Counted from the stretch's first letter, positions 47,955-58,539 are shown. The stretch is DNA of 64,000 bases from Candidatus Latescibacterota bacterium (GCA_965208835.1 OZ242358.1:1984001-2048000), one strand, 5' to 3'. The notes: generated by a model from the letters alone, not told the origin. Numbers and translations are program-made.

Positions 47955-49028
47955 ATGCGTATCGAATCTATTGAGACAATTTTGCTTTCCTGTTTCTGGG
48001 GGCCGTCCGATCGGGGAGTCAAGCGGACCTGGCCCCTTCAGCTTGTCCGGGCGGATAACGGGCTCGTGGGCATTGGAAGGGGTGGTAGCGCCGAGCTGAT
48101 CGAGCGGGAATTCGCGCCGATACTCGTGGGCGAAGATCCGCGCCGGCCCGCCCGGCTCTGGCAGCGGATGTATGATCTCGCGTGGCGATTTCGGGGTCCG
48201 GGACGTTCCGCGATGGGCACGATCGGCGCTCTGGACGTGGCGATCTGGGATTTGTATGGCAGGGCGTGCGGCGAACCGGTCTGGCGGCTGCTGGGCGGCT
48301 TTCGGGACCGTGTCACCGCGTACGCGGACGGGATCGGCTACGAACACCAGAACGCGGAAGAGGTTGCCGCCCTGGTCAGGAAACACGCGGACCTGGGATT
48401 CAAGGCCGTGAAGTTTCATCTGTCGAATGACGATCGGGAACTCGCGCTGGACAAGGTCAGGCTGTCGCGCCGGGCTCTGGGCGACGACACGAGGTTGATG
48501 ATCGACATCCACAGGATGTGGGAGGGGAAGACGGCGGCTCAGATGGCGCGTCGGTTCGAGCCGTACGACCTGTACTGGATCGAGGAACCCGTGCGCGGCG
48601 ACGACGAGGCGTCGCACATGCGGATGGTGCGGGAGGCCACGGGGTCTCTGGTTGCCGGCGGCGAGAGCGAGGGCACGCTTTATGGCATTCGTCACCTGAT
48701 CGTAGACGGCGGCCTTCAGGTCGTCCAGTCGGATATCATCGGAGGCGGCGGGTTTACCGGACTCATGCGGATGGCGGCGCTGGCCGAGGCGCACCACGTC
48801 TACGTTGCGCCTCACGGTGCCTCGTTTCCGGAAATCAACTGCCACCTGATCGCCGCCGCGCCCAACGGGCTGATGGTTTCCGCATGCCCGCATACCGAGC
48901 CGTACCAGATCTGGTCGGAACTCTACGATCCGCCTTTTCAGATCGTAGATGGAATGATCCAAATGGGGGACGAACCCGGCCTCGGGCTGACGCTGAACGA
49001 AGAATTCATCGCTGCGCATAGGGTGTAA
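47955..49028 (+). CDS. mandelate racemase / muconate lactonizing enzyme family protein
   Basis: ALDVAIWDL.G...G.PVW.LLGG, KAVKFH, LMID, WIEEP, GGE, PGLG. Confidence 0.9.
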   Translation: MRIESIETILLSCFWGPSDRGVKRTWPLQLVRADNGLVGIGRGGSAELIEREFAPILVGEDPRRPARLWQRMYDLAWRFRGPGRSAMGTIGALDVAIWDLYGRACGEPVWRLLGGFRDRVTAYADGIGYEHQNAEEVAALVRKHADLGFKAVKFHLSNDDRELALDKVRLSRRALGDDTRLMIDIHRMWEGKTAAQMARRFEPYDLYWIEEPVRGDDEASHMRMVREATGSLVAGGESEGTLYGIRHLIVDGGLQVVQSDIIGGGGFTGLMRMAALAEAHHVYVAPHGASFPEINCHLIAAAPNGLMVSACPHTEPYQIWSELYDPPFQIVDGMIQMGDEPGLGLTLNEEFIAAHRV

Positions 49029-49075
49029 GGCAAGGAATAAGGCACTGTCGTACTGTCGTGCCGGAGTTGCCATCC

Positions 49076-49642
49076 ATGACCAGACCAGGCCAGTTGGAAC
49101 GCGCGGAACTGAACGAGGAACAGGCGCGGATTTACGACGCCATCATCGAGACCAGGGGCAGCATCGCCGGGCCGTTCGGAATCTGGCTGTACAGTCCCGA
49201 GTTGGCCGACCGTGCGCAGAGCCTGGGCGAATTCGTCCGGTACCGCACCTGCCTGGAGCCGAGGCTCAGCGAGCTCGCCATTCTCGTTACGGCGCGATTC
49301 TGGGATTGCCAGGTGGAGTGGTCCCTGCACGAACCCTTCGCCGTGGAAAGCGGGTTGAGCGAAAGGGCCATCGACGCGGTCCGTCACGGGAGGGATCCCC
49401 ATTTCGGCCGAGACGACGAACGCGCGGTTTTCGACTACGTCAGCGAGTTGCTCAACAATCGATTCATTCCGGACGGCATTTTCAACGCCGCACGGGAAGC
49501 GCTCGGCAAGACCGGTGTCGTGGAGTTGACCGGGATTGTCGGCTACTACAGCCTGGTGGCGCAGACGCTCAATGCGTTTCAGGTCCCGGTTCCCGAGGGT
49601 TGCGCGCCAACCCTTGTCGACTGCACCACGTTCAATCCTTAG
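49076..49642 (+). CDS. carboxymuconolactone decarboxylase (AhpD-like) family protein
   Basis: GPF..WL.SPELA, RLSELAIL..A, EW..H, VVEL...VGYY. Confidence 0.85.
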   Translation: MTRPGQLERAELNEEQARIYDAIIETRGSIAGPFGIWLYSPELADRAQSLGEFVRYRTCLEPRLSELAILVTARFWDCQVEWSLHEPFAVESGLSERAIDAVRHGRDPHFGRDDERAVFDYVSELLNNRFIPDGIFNAAREALGKTGVVELTGIVGYYSLVAQTLNAFQVPVPEGCAPTLVDCTTFNP

Positions 49643-49752
49643 CGGCGCTACGTCGTCAATGCCTGGCTTTGCTCCAGGCGACGCCAGATTCAGACAGAAG
49701 TATCCTCGAGTGTTGGATCGAACGTAAGAAGTTGAAAATATGCATCTTCTGT

Positions 49753-50967
49753 ATGGAATCAAACCTGAATATCAGTAATCCGAGTCTCCGTCCGAAGCTG
49801 CGCGCGGCAGGTCTGGTACTGCCGCTGATGGCCTTTGTCGGATTCACCTTTGCGGCCCCGCTCGGGACCATGCTCGTGCGAAGCGTTTACGATCCCGTGG
49901 TCGCCGACGCGATGCCGCGTACACTCGAACTGCTGAGCGACTGGGACGGCAGGGGCGCTCCCTCGGAGGCGGTCTACGCATCCGCCGCCCGCGAACTCTT
50001 GAAGGCACGCGAGAGTCGGACCCTCGGGCAGATTGCCAGCCGCGTGAACCGGGTCCAGGGCGGGCTGCGAAGCGTGTTGACGAAGAGCGCGCGGCGGCTC
50101 CGGCGCGTGGACAGCGGACCATGGCGCGACGCGATGATCGGCATCGACTCCGACTGGGGCGATGCTCGAACCTGGCACGCCATCCGAAGCGCCGGTGAGC
50201 GTTATACCGCACGCCACTATCTGAACGCCCTCGACCTTCAGAGCCTGCCCGGCGGTTCAATCGCACGCCAGCCAGAGGAGCGCCGCATCTACCTTCCCTT
50301 GTTGTGGCGTACCCTCTGGGTGAGCCTGACCATAACGACGCTCTGCCTGTTGCTCGGCTACCCCATTGCTCATCTGATCGCGCATTCGCCCCCGCGTATC
50401 GGCAATCTGCTTCTGATTCTCGTATTGATCCCCTTCTGGACATCGCTGCTGGTTCGTACCACCTCCTGGATCGTCCTGCTGCAGACCCAGGGCGTCCTCA
50501 ACGACCTGTTCGTGGCTCTCGGTCTGATCGGCGACGACGGACGTCTGGCGATGATTTACAACATGACCGGAACACTGGTGGCGATGACGCACGTACTGCT
50601 TCCGTTCATGATTCTCCCGCTTTATTCGATCATGCGCGCCATCCCGCCCATTCAGATGAGCGCCGCGGCCTCACTTGGCGCGAGTCCCTTTCAGGCATTC
50701 CGGCGCGTGTACTGGCCCCAGACCCTGCCCGGCGTGAGCGCGGGATCGCTCCTGGTGTTCATCCTCGCGATCGGTTACTATATCACCCCCGCGCTTGTGG
50801 GCGGAAGCAGCGGGCAGCTTATATCGAACATGATTGCCTTCCATATGCAGACCTCGCTCAACTGGGGTCTTGCCGCGGCGCTGGGCGGCATCCTGCTGGC
50901 CTGCGTAGGCGCACTGTATGTGCTCTACGACCGCATGGTGGGAATCGAGCGGATGAGGTTGGGCTGA
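49753..50967 (+). CDS. polyamine-type ABC transporter permease (PotB-like)
   Basis: LLGYPIA, PFWTSLLVR, AAASLGA, ITPALVGG. Confidence 0.9.
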   Translation: MESNLNISNPSLRPKLRAAGLVLPLMAFVGFTFAAPLGTMLVRSVYDPVVADAMPRTLELLSDWDGRGAPSEAVYASAARELLKARESRTLGQIASRVNRVQGGLRSVLTKSARRLRRVDSGPWRDAMIGIDSDWGDARTWHAIRSAGERYTARHYLNALDLQSLPGGSIARQPEERRIYLPLLWRTLWVSLTITTLCLLLGYPIAHLIAHSPPRIGNLLLILVLIPFWTSLLVRTTSWIVLLQTQGVLNDLFVALGLIGDDGRLAMIYNMTGTLVAMTHVLLPFMILPLYSIMRAIPPIQMSAAASLGASPFQAFRRVYWPQTLPGVSAGSLLVFILAIGYYITPALVGGSSGQLISNMIAFHMQTSLNWGLAAALGGILLACVGALYVLYDRMVGIERMRLG

Positions 50968-50968
50968 G

Positions 50969-51793
50969 ATGGCGCCAGTCGAAACGCGGGAACGCGTGGG
51001 CCGTTATCTCTACACCGGCTTCTGTGCCGCGGTGTTTTTGTTTCTTGTCGCGCCAATCCTGGTGATTGTACCCCTGAGCTTCAATGCCCAGCCTTACTTC
51101 ACGTTTACCGAGGGCATGCTGCGCCTGGATGCCGAAGCCTGGTCGTTGCGCTGGTACCGGCAGATCATCGAGAACGAGGTGTGGACGCGCGCGCTTCTCA
51201 ACAGCCTGATTATCGGGGTCGCCTCCACGGTCCTGGCGACCGGCCTGGGTACGCTCGCGGCGATGGGCCTTTCCAACCCGGCCATGCCCGGCCGGCGCCT
51301 TGCGATGGGACTGCTCATTTCGCCCATGGTGACTCCGGTGATTATCGCGGCGGCGGGCATGTTCTTCTTCTACTCGAACCTGGGACTGGCGCAGACGCAT
51401 CTGGGCCTGATTCTGGCGCATGCGGCGCTGGGAACCCCGTTTGTCGTAATCACGGTGACCGCCACGCTGTCCGGCTTCGACACCAACCTGACGCGCGCGG
51501 CCGCGAGTCTCGGCGCGGGGCCTGTGCGGACCTTTCGTCGCGTTCAATTCCCGTTGATCGCGCCCGGCGTGATCTCGGGGGCGCTCTTCGCATTCGCCAC
51601 GTCTTTCGATGAAGTGGTCGTGGTGCTGTTCATGGCCGCGATCGAACAGCGTACGATTCCGCGCCAGATGTGGGCCGGCATCCGGGAGCAGATCAGCCCG
51701 ACCATCCTTGCGGTGGCGACGTTTCTGATTGTATTCGCCGTTCTGCTGCTCTTCGCCGTCGAGTGGATGCGAAGGCGTTCCACCTCGAGATAG
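50969..51793 (+). CDS. polyamine-type ABC transporter permease (PotC-like)
   Basis: SLRWY, RAAASLGA, FATSFDEVVV. Confidence 0.9.
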   Translation: MAPVETRERVGRYLYTGFCAAVFLFLVAPILVIVPLSFNAQPYFTFTEGMLRLDAEAWSLRWYRQIIENEVWTRALLNSLIIGVASTVLATGLGTLAAMGLSNPAMPGRRLAMGLLISPMVTPVIIAAAGMFFFYSNLGLAQTHLGLILAHAALGTPFVVITVTATLSGFDTNLTRAAASLGAGPVRTFRRVQFPLIAPGVISGALFAFATSFDEVVVVLFMAAIEQRTIPRQMWAGIREQISPTILAVATFLIVFAVLLLFAVEWMRRRSTSR

Positions 51794-51865
51794 GCCGCGG
51801 CGCATCGGCAATTCTGAGCCAACAACACACCAGGCAGAAAGCAAATGGATCCAGAGGTCGCCCCA

Positions 51866-52975
51866 ATGCACGCAAACGAGACCGCGCACGTCGAGTTCGA
51901 GGGTGTCAGCAAGAGCTTCGACGGCCGCACCCTCGTCGTCGATAATCTCGATCTCGATGTCCGAAAAGGGGAATTCCTGACGATGCTCGGGCCTTCCGGG
52001 TCTGGTAAGACCACATGTCTCATGATGCTCGCGGGATTTGAAACGCCCTCGTCCGGCGCCATTCGTATCAACGGGCGTTCCGTGCACGAGTTGCCCCCGC
52101 GCAAACGGGGGATCGGCATGGTCTTCCAGAATTACGCGCTCTTTCCCCATATGACGGTTGGCCGGAACCTCGCCTTTCCGCTGGAGGTGCGCGGGCTGGA
52201 CCGGTTGGAATGTCGTGAACGCGTGGCGCGGGCCCTTGAACTGGTCCGCCTCGAAGGATTTGAGGAACGAGAGCCATCCCAGCTTTCCGGTGGCCAGCAG
52301 CAGCGGGTCGCCATTGCGAGGGCGTTGGTCTTCGAGCCCGATCTGGTGCTGATGGACGAGCCGCTCGGGGCGCTCGACCGGCGCCTGCGGGAGGAAATGC
52401 AATATGAAATAAGGCGTATACAGAAAGACCTCGGCGTAACGGTGGTGTACGTGACCCACGACCAGGAGGAGGCGATGGTCATGTCGGACCGGATCGCTGT
52501 GCTCCGGAGGGGCGATATCCAGCAGGTCGCCGCGCCCGAGGTTCTCTACGAAGAGCCGGAACGCTCGTTTGTCGCCCGCTTCATCGGGGAAAACAACCGT
52601 CTCCACGGCCGGGTGCGGAGCGTCGACGGGGACATCTGCGAAGTCGAGACGGGCGGTCGGACCATCAGCGCCCTTCGCGTCGCTCCGTGCGGAGCGGGGG
52701 ACGCCACCACGCTTTCGATCCGGCCCGAGCGGGTTGCCATCTCGCCCGATCCCGGCCTCTATACGAACGAGCTCGACGCAAGAATCGAGGACATCACCTT
52801 TCTGGGCGACCATTTACGGGTTCGTGTGAGCGTTTGCGGCCGTTCGGATTTTATCGCGAAGATACCGAATATCGTGGGGCACGGCGCCATGCTGGTCGGA
52901 GACGAGGTCCGTGTCGGCTGGACGCCGACGGACTGCCGGGTACTGGACCTGGATGACGAGGCTGAGACCACGTGA
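51866..52975 (+). CDS. polyamine-type ABC transporter ATP-binding protein (PotA-like)
   Basis: GPSGSGKTT, FQNYALFPH, LSGGQQQR, DEPLGALD, TOBE tail. Alternative start 51845. Confidence 0.93.
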   Translation: MHANETAHVEFEGVSKSFDGRTLVVDNLDLDVRKGEFLTMLGPSGSGKTTCLMMLAGFETPSSGAIRINGRSVHELPPRKRGIGMVFQNYALFPHMTVGRNLAFPLEVRGLDRLECRERVARALELVRLEGFEEREPSQLSGGQQQRVAIARALVFEPDLVLMDEPLGALDRRLREEMQYEIRRIQKDLGVTVVYVTHDQEEAMVMSDRIAVLRRGDIQQVAAPEVLYEEPERSFVARFIGENNRLHGRVRSVDGDICEVETGGRTISALRVAPCGAGDATTLSIRPERVAISPDPGLYTNELDARIEDITFLGDHLRVRVSVCGRSDFIAKIPNIVGHGAMLVGDEVRVGWTPTDCRVLDLDDEAETT

Positions 52976-54072
52976 AACAGTTTGGCAAGGTTGTCGTGCC
53001 CGTCGCGTTTGCGGCTTTAATGTCTGTGACGATTGTGGTCCCCTCCGGCGCCGACGACCGGCCGCTGACCGTCGTTTCATGGGGTGGGTCCTACGCGCAA
53101 GCCTGTGTCAAGGGCTACCACGAGCGGTTCACCGCGCAGACGGGGATCGCGATCAATCTGGAAGACTACAATGGCGGTCTGGCGCAGATACGCGCTCAGG
53201 TGGACGTGGGCAACGTTTTCTGGGACGTGGTGGACCTGGAGATTGCCGACCTCGTGGCCGGATGCGACGAGGGCCTCCTCGCGCCCGTGGACGTGGAATC
53301 CCTCCCGGCAGGCGCCGACGGTACGCCCGCGGCGGAGGACTTTCTGCCCGGTACGATGACGGACTGCGGGCCGACCTCGTTGTTCGGTTCCACGATTTTT
53401 GCATACAACAGGAAGCGTTTCCGGGGTGACAAACCGGAAACCATCGCCGACTTCTTCGATCTGGAGGCGTTTCCGGGCCGTCGCGGCATGCGTCGCTCGC
53501 CGCAGGTGAATCTGGAATTCGCGCTGATGGCCGACGGGGTGCCGATCGACTCGGTATACGCGGCGCTCGACACGCCCGCCGGCGTTGACCGCGCGTTCCG
53601 GAAACTGGATACGATCAAGGAATACATCGTGTGGTGGGAGGCCGGGGCGCAGCCCCCGCAATTGCTGGCCGACGGGGAGGTGGCGATGACCACAGCCTAT
53701 AACGGGCGTATTTTCAATGCACAGGTGCTCGAAAACCAGCCCTTTGTCGTGGTGTGGGACGGCCAGGTCTACTACACGGCGGGGCTGGGTGTCGTGGCCG
53801 GCACGCGCAACCTGGAAGCAGCCAGGCGGTTCGTCAGGTTTGCCACGAGTGCGGAGTCCCTGGCCGGTGTCGGCCGGTACATCGCATACAGTCCGACGCG
53901 CCGTTCGGCGATGGCGTTGATCGCGACGCACGCCGAGACGGGCGTGGAGATGAATCCGCACATGCCCACCAGCCCTGAAAACGTGAAACGCGCCCTGCGT
54001 AGCGACTGGGCGTGGTGGAGCGATCAGCTTGACGAGATGAACGAGCGTTTCAGCGCGTGGCTGGCGCGCTGA
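52972..54072 (+). CDS. ABC transporter substrate-binding protein (PotD/PotF-like), paralog 1
   Basis: Signal peptide, VSWGGSY, DFFD...FPGRR, AYNGR. Confidence 0.9.
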   Translation: MKQFGKVVVPVAFAALMSVTIVVPSGADDRPLTVVSWGGSYAQACVKGYHERFTAQTGIAINLEDYNGGLAQIRAQVDVGNVFWDVVDLEIADLVAGCDEGLLAPVDVESLPAGADGTPAAEDFLPGTMTDCGPTSLFGSTIFAYNRKRFRGDKPETIADFFDLEAFPGRRGMRRSPQVNLEFALMADGVPIDSVYAALDTPAGVDRAFRKLDTIKEYIVWWEAGAQPPQLLADGEVAMTTAYNGRIFNAQVLENQPFVVVWDGQVYYTAGLGVVAGTRNLEAARRFVRFATSAESLAGVGRYIAYSPTRRSAMALIATHAETGVEMNPHMPTSPENVKRALRSDWAWWSDQLDEMNERFSAWLAR

Positions 54073-54133
54073 ACCAGCCGGTTACTCACGACCGGCTGCA
54101 GATTGTCGGAACGGATGACGAGGAGGAATCATC

Positions 54134-55234
54134 ATGACGGACGTATTAAGCAAGGTCGTTCGCATCGCGTCGCTGGCAGGACTGTCCATATTGACCGCGG
54201 GCGGAGCCGCCGCCGATGACCGTCCATTGACGGTTGTTTCCTGGGGCGGGTCATATGCCCGCGCGTGCGTCAAAGGGTACCACGAGACATTCACCGCCGA
54301 AACGGGCATCGCGATCAACCTGGAAGACTACAACGGCGGCCTGGCGCAGATTCGTGCGCAGGTGGACGTGGGCAATGTCTACTGGGACGTTGTGGACCTG
54401 GAGATTCCGGACCTGGTGCGCGGCTGCGACGAGGGACTGCTTGAACCGATTGCCGTGAGTTCGCTTCCTGCGGGGCCCGACGGCACGCCCGCTGCGGAGG
54501 ACTTTGTGCCAGGCACTCATACCGATTGTGGACCTGCAACGATTTTCTACTCGACAGTGTATGCTTACAACAAGGAGAACATCAAGGGCGACAAACCGGC
54601 CACGATCGCAGACTTTTTCGATCTGGTGAAGTTCCCGGGGCGCCGAGGCATGCGCCGATCTCCACTGGTGAACCTGGAGTTCGCGTTGATGGCCGACGGC
54701 GTACCCATCGACTCCGTCTACGCCGCGCTCGACACGCCCGCGGGCGTGGACCGCGCGTTCCGAAAGCTGGACACGATCAAGGAGCACATCGTATGGTGGG
54801 AGGCGGGGGCGCAGCCGCCACAAATGCTGGCGGACGGAGAGGTCGCTATGAGTACGGCCTACAACGGTCGCATCTTCAACGCGCAGGTGCTGGAAGACCA
54901 GCCCTTTGTCGTGGTGTGGGACGGCCAGGTTCTCGATACCGGCGGACTGGCCATTGTCGCGGGCACGCCCAACCTCGAAGCGGCAAGGAAGTTCGTCAAC
55001 TTCGCCACAAGCGCGCGGGCCATCGCCGGTGTGGGCCGATATATTTCCTATAGCCCGACGCGTCGCTCGGCGATGGCGCTGATTTCGACGCATGCAGAAA
55101 AAGGCGTGGATATGATTCCGCACATGCCCACCAGCCCTCAGAACGTGAAGCGCGCTCTGCACAACAACTGGGAATGGTGGAGCGATCACCTGGACGAAAT
55201 GAACGAGCGCTTCAGCGCCTGGCTGGCGCGTTGA
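54134..55234 (+). CDS. ABC transporter substrate-binding protein (PotD/PotF-like), paralog 2
   Basis: Same motifs; collinear with paralog 1; AGGAGG RBS. Confidence 0.9.
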   Translation: MTDVLSKVVRIASLAGLSILTAGGAAADDRPLTVVSWGGSYARACVKGYHETFTAETGIAINLEDYNGGLAQIRAQVDVGNVYWDVVDLEIPDLVRGCDEGLLEPIAVSSLPAGPDGTPAAEDFVPGTHTDCGPATIFYSTVYAYNKENIKGDKPATIADFFDLVKFPGRRGMRRSPLVNLEFALMADGVPIDSVYAALDTPAGVDRAFRKLDTIKEHIVWWEAGAQPPQMLADGEVAMSTAYNGRIFNAQVLEDQPFVVVWDGQVLDTGGLAIVAGTPNLEAARKFVNFATSARAIAGVGRYISYSPTRRSAMALISTHAEKGVDMIPHMPTSPQNVKRALHNNWEWWSDHLDEMNERFSAWLAR

Positions 55235-55308
55235 ATTGGCACATTGTTTGCAGGGTTCTTTTCGGCGATATTAAACATCGTGCTGGACAAGCCGAAAGGA
55301 GAGACGCT

Positions 55309-55722
55309 ATGGGCGCGACGTACGTTGACGTAACGATCCGAAATCCGGCCGATCTGCAGCGAAGCTGGACCGGAACATTCCTGGTGGACACTGGCGCGTT
55401 CGACTCGCTCGTACCCAGGGCTCGGTTGGAATCGATCGGACTTGAACCGAAAGGCAGTCGCGAGTACACCCTCGCCGATGGGACCGGCATCAGCCTGGAG
55501 ATTACGACCGCCGACCTGGAGTTCGAGGGAGAGGTCGTGGGCGGCACCATCGTATACGGCGAGGATGGTGCGGAACCGCTGCTTGGCGTGACGGCACTCG
55601 AATCGGGTGGTTTCGAGGTGGATCCGCGCAACCAGGAGTTGAAACGGTTACCTGCGATCCTGTTGAAGAGAATCGAATGTTTGGCTGACTTGGAGAATGA
55701 CGACCATGGGCGAGGACATTAA
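55309..55722 (+). CDS. clan AA (retropepsin-like) aspartic protease
   Basis: FLVDTGA, LADG flap, LLGVTALE. AGGAG RBS. Confidence 0.85.
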   Translation: MGATYVDVTIRNPADLQRSWTGTFLVDTGAFDSLVPRARLESIGLEPKGSREYTLADGTGISLEITTADLEFEGEVVGGTIVYGEDGAEPLLGVTALESGGFEVDPRNQELKRLPAILLKRIECLADLENDDHGRGH

Positions 55723-55743
55723 GGTCGAAGAGGGGATTTCGCG

Positions 55744-56943
55744 ATGCCCCAGGTTCGCAAGCTAAGAATCGCGCAGGTGGGATGCGGCAGCCGGGGACTG
55801 GGCGTGCGGCTGCCCGCAATCCGCATGATGTCGGACGTGTTCGAACTGGCGGCCGTGTGCGACGTGGATGAAGCGAAGGCGCGGTCGGTCGGCGCAGAAT
55901 ACGGGGTCCCTGCCTATTCGCGGGTCCAGGACCTGGCGGCGCATGAACACCTCGACGTCGCGGCGATCAGTACGCCCGGCGATTCGCACCACGCCGTCGG
56001 CGCGTACCTGGCCGAGCGAGGCGTGAGTCTCATCGTGGAAACACCGATCGCGCCGATGCTGCAGACTGCCGACGTGCTCATCCGGGCGGTCGAACGGGGT
56101 GGTGTGAAGCTGGAAGTCGCCGAGCAGTTCTGTCGGGAACCCATGCACCTGATGAAGCGCAAGGCGATCGAGGCCGGGCACATCGGGGATGTACTTCGGG
56201 TGTTCTCTCTCTTTCAGACCGGCGGCTATCACATCGTGAGCAACGTCCGGGCGATGGCGTGTGATTCCGAGGCCGTGCGCGTCACCGGCATGGCGATGAA
56301 TTCGCCGATTCCCAGGGTGAACGTAAGCGACATTCGGCAATACGAAACCGAATCCTGGACGATGGACATGGTCGAATTCGCGAACGGCGCGCTGGCCGTG
56401 ATGTCCTACTCTTCCATGTATCACGGCAGGGCCCTCGGTCGCAAGAGCCAGACGTTGTTTCAGGTCGACGGCACCACCGGAACCATTGTCGAGGATGACG
56501 TGCATACCACCACGGAAGCACAGCGGCTGAGCGGCGGCCGCGCCACCGTCTGCCCGATAAGGACGCAAACGCGCGAAATGGACGGTATACAGGTGCTGGA
56601 CCGGATGGTAGTGGAGACCGACCCGCCGCTCGTTTGGCGGAATCCGTGGCCGCAATACCGGACTTCCCCGCGCGGGTTGGCGATTGTGGAGGAGATGGAC
56701 AGTATTGCAAGGGCAGTACGTGACAACCTGCCGACGCGATATGACGGGTACCGCGCGCGGAAGGACATCGAGATCGAACTGGCGGTGGCCGAGTCCGGGC
56801 GGTTGGGGGGGAAACCGGTGGACCTGCCATTACGGGAACCCACGTCGCGGGAAACGAACATGCTTGAACGATTCGAGCGAGATTATGCGTGCGATCCATT
56901 CGACGTGGATGCGTGCGTGGACGTGTTCTTTCCGAAGCGGTAG
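55744..56943 (+). CDS. Gfo/Idh/MocA family oxidoreductase
   Basis: VGCGSRG, AVCD, STP..SH, ETPIA. Confidence 0.85.
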   Translation: MPQVRKLRIAQVGCGSRGLGVRLPAIRMMSDVFELAAVCDVDEAKARSVGAEYGVPAYSRVQDLAAHEHLDVAAISTPGDSHHAVGAYLAERGVSLIVETPIAPMLQTADVLIRAVERGGVKLEVAEQFCREPMHLMKRKAIEAGHIGDVLRVFSLFQTGGYHIVSNVRAMACDSEAVRVTGMAMNSPIPRVNVSDIRQYETESWTMDMVEFANGALAVMSYSSMYHGRALGRKSQTLFQVDGTTGTIVEDDVHTTTEAQRLSGGRATVCPIRTQTREMDGIQVLDRMVVETDPPLVWRNPWPQYRTSPRGLAIVEEMDSIARAVRDNLPTRYDGYRARKDIEIELAVAESGRLGGKPVDLPLREPTSRETNMLERFERDYACDPFDVDACVDVFFPKR

Positions 56944-56982
56944 TCAATTCAGATGAAACGCCGGGTCCAGGAGAAATCGAGA

Positions 56983-58061
56983 ATGGGCAGGGGACACGCA
57001 TTCGCTTCCGAGACGAGAAGACTGACGGACCAGAGAACGGGTGCATCGATCCGTCAGATGACGGATCATCCCGCCATCAGTCACAATCTTTACTTTTCGA
57101 ACCCGTCGTGGACGCCGGACGGAAAGACCATTGTATTCACCTCGTATCGCTCCGGGAAACCGACCTCTTCAAAATCGACGAGGCGGCCGGCACGATCACG
57201 CAGTTGACCGATACGGAAGGATTCGGGGGCTTCGCCGCCTGCCCTTCTCGAGACGGGCAGAGTGTATTCTACAATGCGGGCGGACAGGTACGTGCCGTAG
57301 ACTTAGACACGCTCGAGGAGTCGGTCCTCGCCGATTTCGGGAGCGGCAGCGCAGGTGGGTGCAGTCTCTCGTCAGACGGCGCGCGCCTCGTGACCTCGTT
57401 GCATCGGGACGGAACTTCGGCGGTGGTTGCCGTAGAGACTGACGGGACCGGTTTCCGCGTGGTGCGTGAACCGCCCCGCGCCGTCGGCCACGTTCAGGTC
57501 TGCCCGGTCGACCCGGACCTCATCCTTTACTCGAGCGACGTGAATCAGCGCATGTGGGAGGTAAGGATTGACGGGAGCGCTGAACGTGCGCTGTTTGTGC
57601 ACGACAAGTCGGTCTGGATCACGCACGAGACGTTTCTGGGGCATTCCGATGAAGTGATGTTCGTGCATTGGCCATACGCCCTGCGGGGAATCAGGGCGGG
57701 GGAGGACGAAGACCGGACCATCGCTTCCTTTAACGCCTGGCACCCGTCGCCCCGTGCTGATGGCTCCCTCATCGTGTGCGACACCACCTGTCCCGATGTC
57801 GGGTTGCAGCTGATCGATCCGAAGACCGGCAAGCACGAGACACTGTGCTTTCCCGGCAGTTCGAACGGAGGATCGCAGTGGGCGAAAACGGTCCCCGAGG
57901 ATGACCACAAGACGCGTCCCGAAACATACGGGCCTCAGTGGTCCCACCCGCACCCTTCCTTCAGTCCCGACGGGAAACGGGTCATTTATACTTCGGACCG
58001 GACGGGCGTCAGCCAGATTTACGTCGTGGATGTGCCTGTTTGGGGTACCTCGCTCAACTGA
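56983..58061 (+). pseudogene. oligogalacturonate lyase / TolB-like beta-propeller, frameshifted at about 57156
   Basis: The N-terminus (MGRG...TD..TG..IRQMT...LYFSNPSWTPDGK.IVF.SYRSG) is in one frame. The rest (DLFKID...HE.F...HPHPSFSPDGK) is in the -1 frame. Confidence 0.8.
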
Positions 58062-58102
58062 GTGCCCCGCCCCGGCCGCGCCCGACTTCAAGCAAAAAAC
58101 GC

Positions 58103-58131
58103 TTGACTCCCGATGCGCAATCCTGTAGATT
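58103..58131 (+). promoter_or_regulatory. sigma70-type promoter candidate
   Basis: TTGACT-17 nt-TAGATT, with an upstream A-tract and AT-rich downstream region. Confidence 0.5.
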
Positions 58132-58267
58132 TGCGTTCCGCCTTTTCTTCGAATTATCCTCATTAAAATAAAGAAGATATAAATATCCGCTTTCAATTGT
58201 GGGAAGGGCGGAAGCGGCCATCTCATTCCGGAGGACTTCTGTCGGGTGCGGTTGGATCTGGTGTTGG

Positions 58268-58420
58268 AAGCCCGTTGAGGAAGTCCATCCGGGGCTACAG
58301 CCGGCCCTTGCGGTCGAAAACCTGCGTTACGCTCCCGCCGAATCGCTGGATGGAACTCGGTCGCGCGCCTTGTCTTCGATCACAACGCCTCGCCTGCAGA
58401 GCGACTTCATCAACGGACTT
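58268..58420. mobile_element. MITE-like element family C, copy 2 (inverted)
   Basis: Reverse-complement homolog of 44287-44446, e.g. GCCTCGCCTGCAGAGCGACTT and CCGGCCCTTGCGGTCGAAA. Confidence 0.78.
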
Positions 58421-58539
58421 CAGGGCCGGCCCGTGACGCACTTAGGCGCGCCCTCTTGATGCACGGCGGAACAAGGGTGACCCCTGAATATGTCGTTGAG
58501 AATTTCGGAACTCGGATTCGGTTGAAGTGTTGTCTTATA

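Noticed and set aside
47532-49073. Minus-strand ORF with an ETTK/ERAK repeat segment
   Set aside because: It is a translation of the non-triplet 8-bp repeat array and lies antisense to the mandelate racemase gene.
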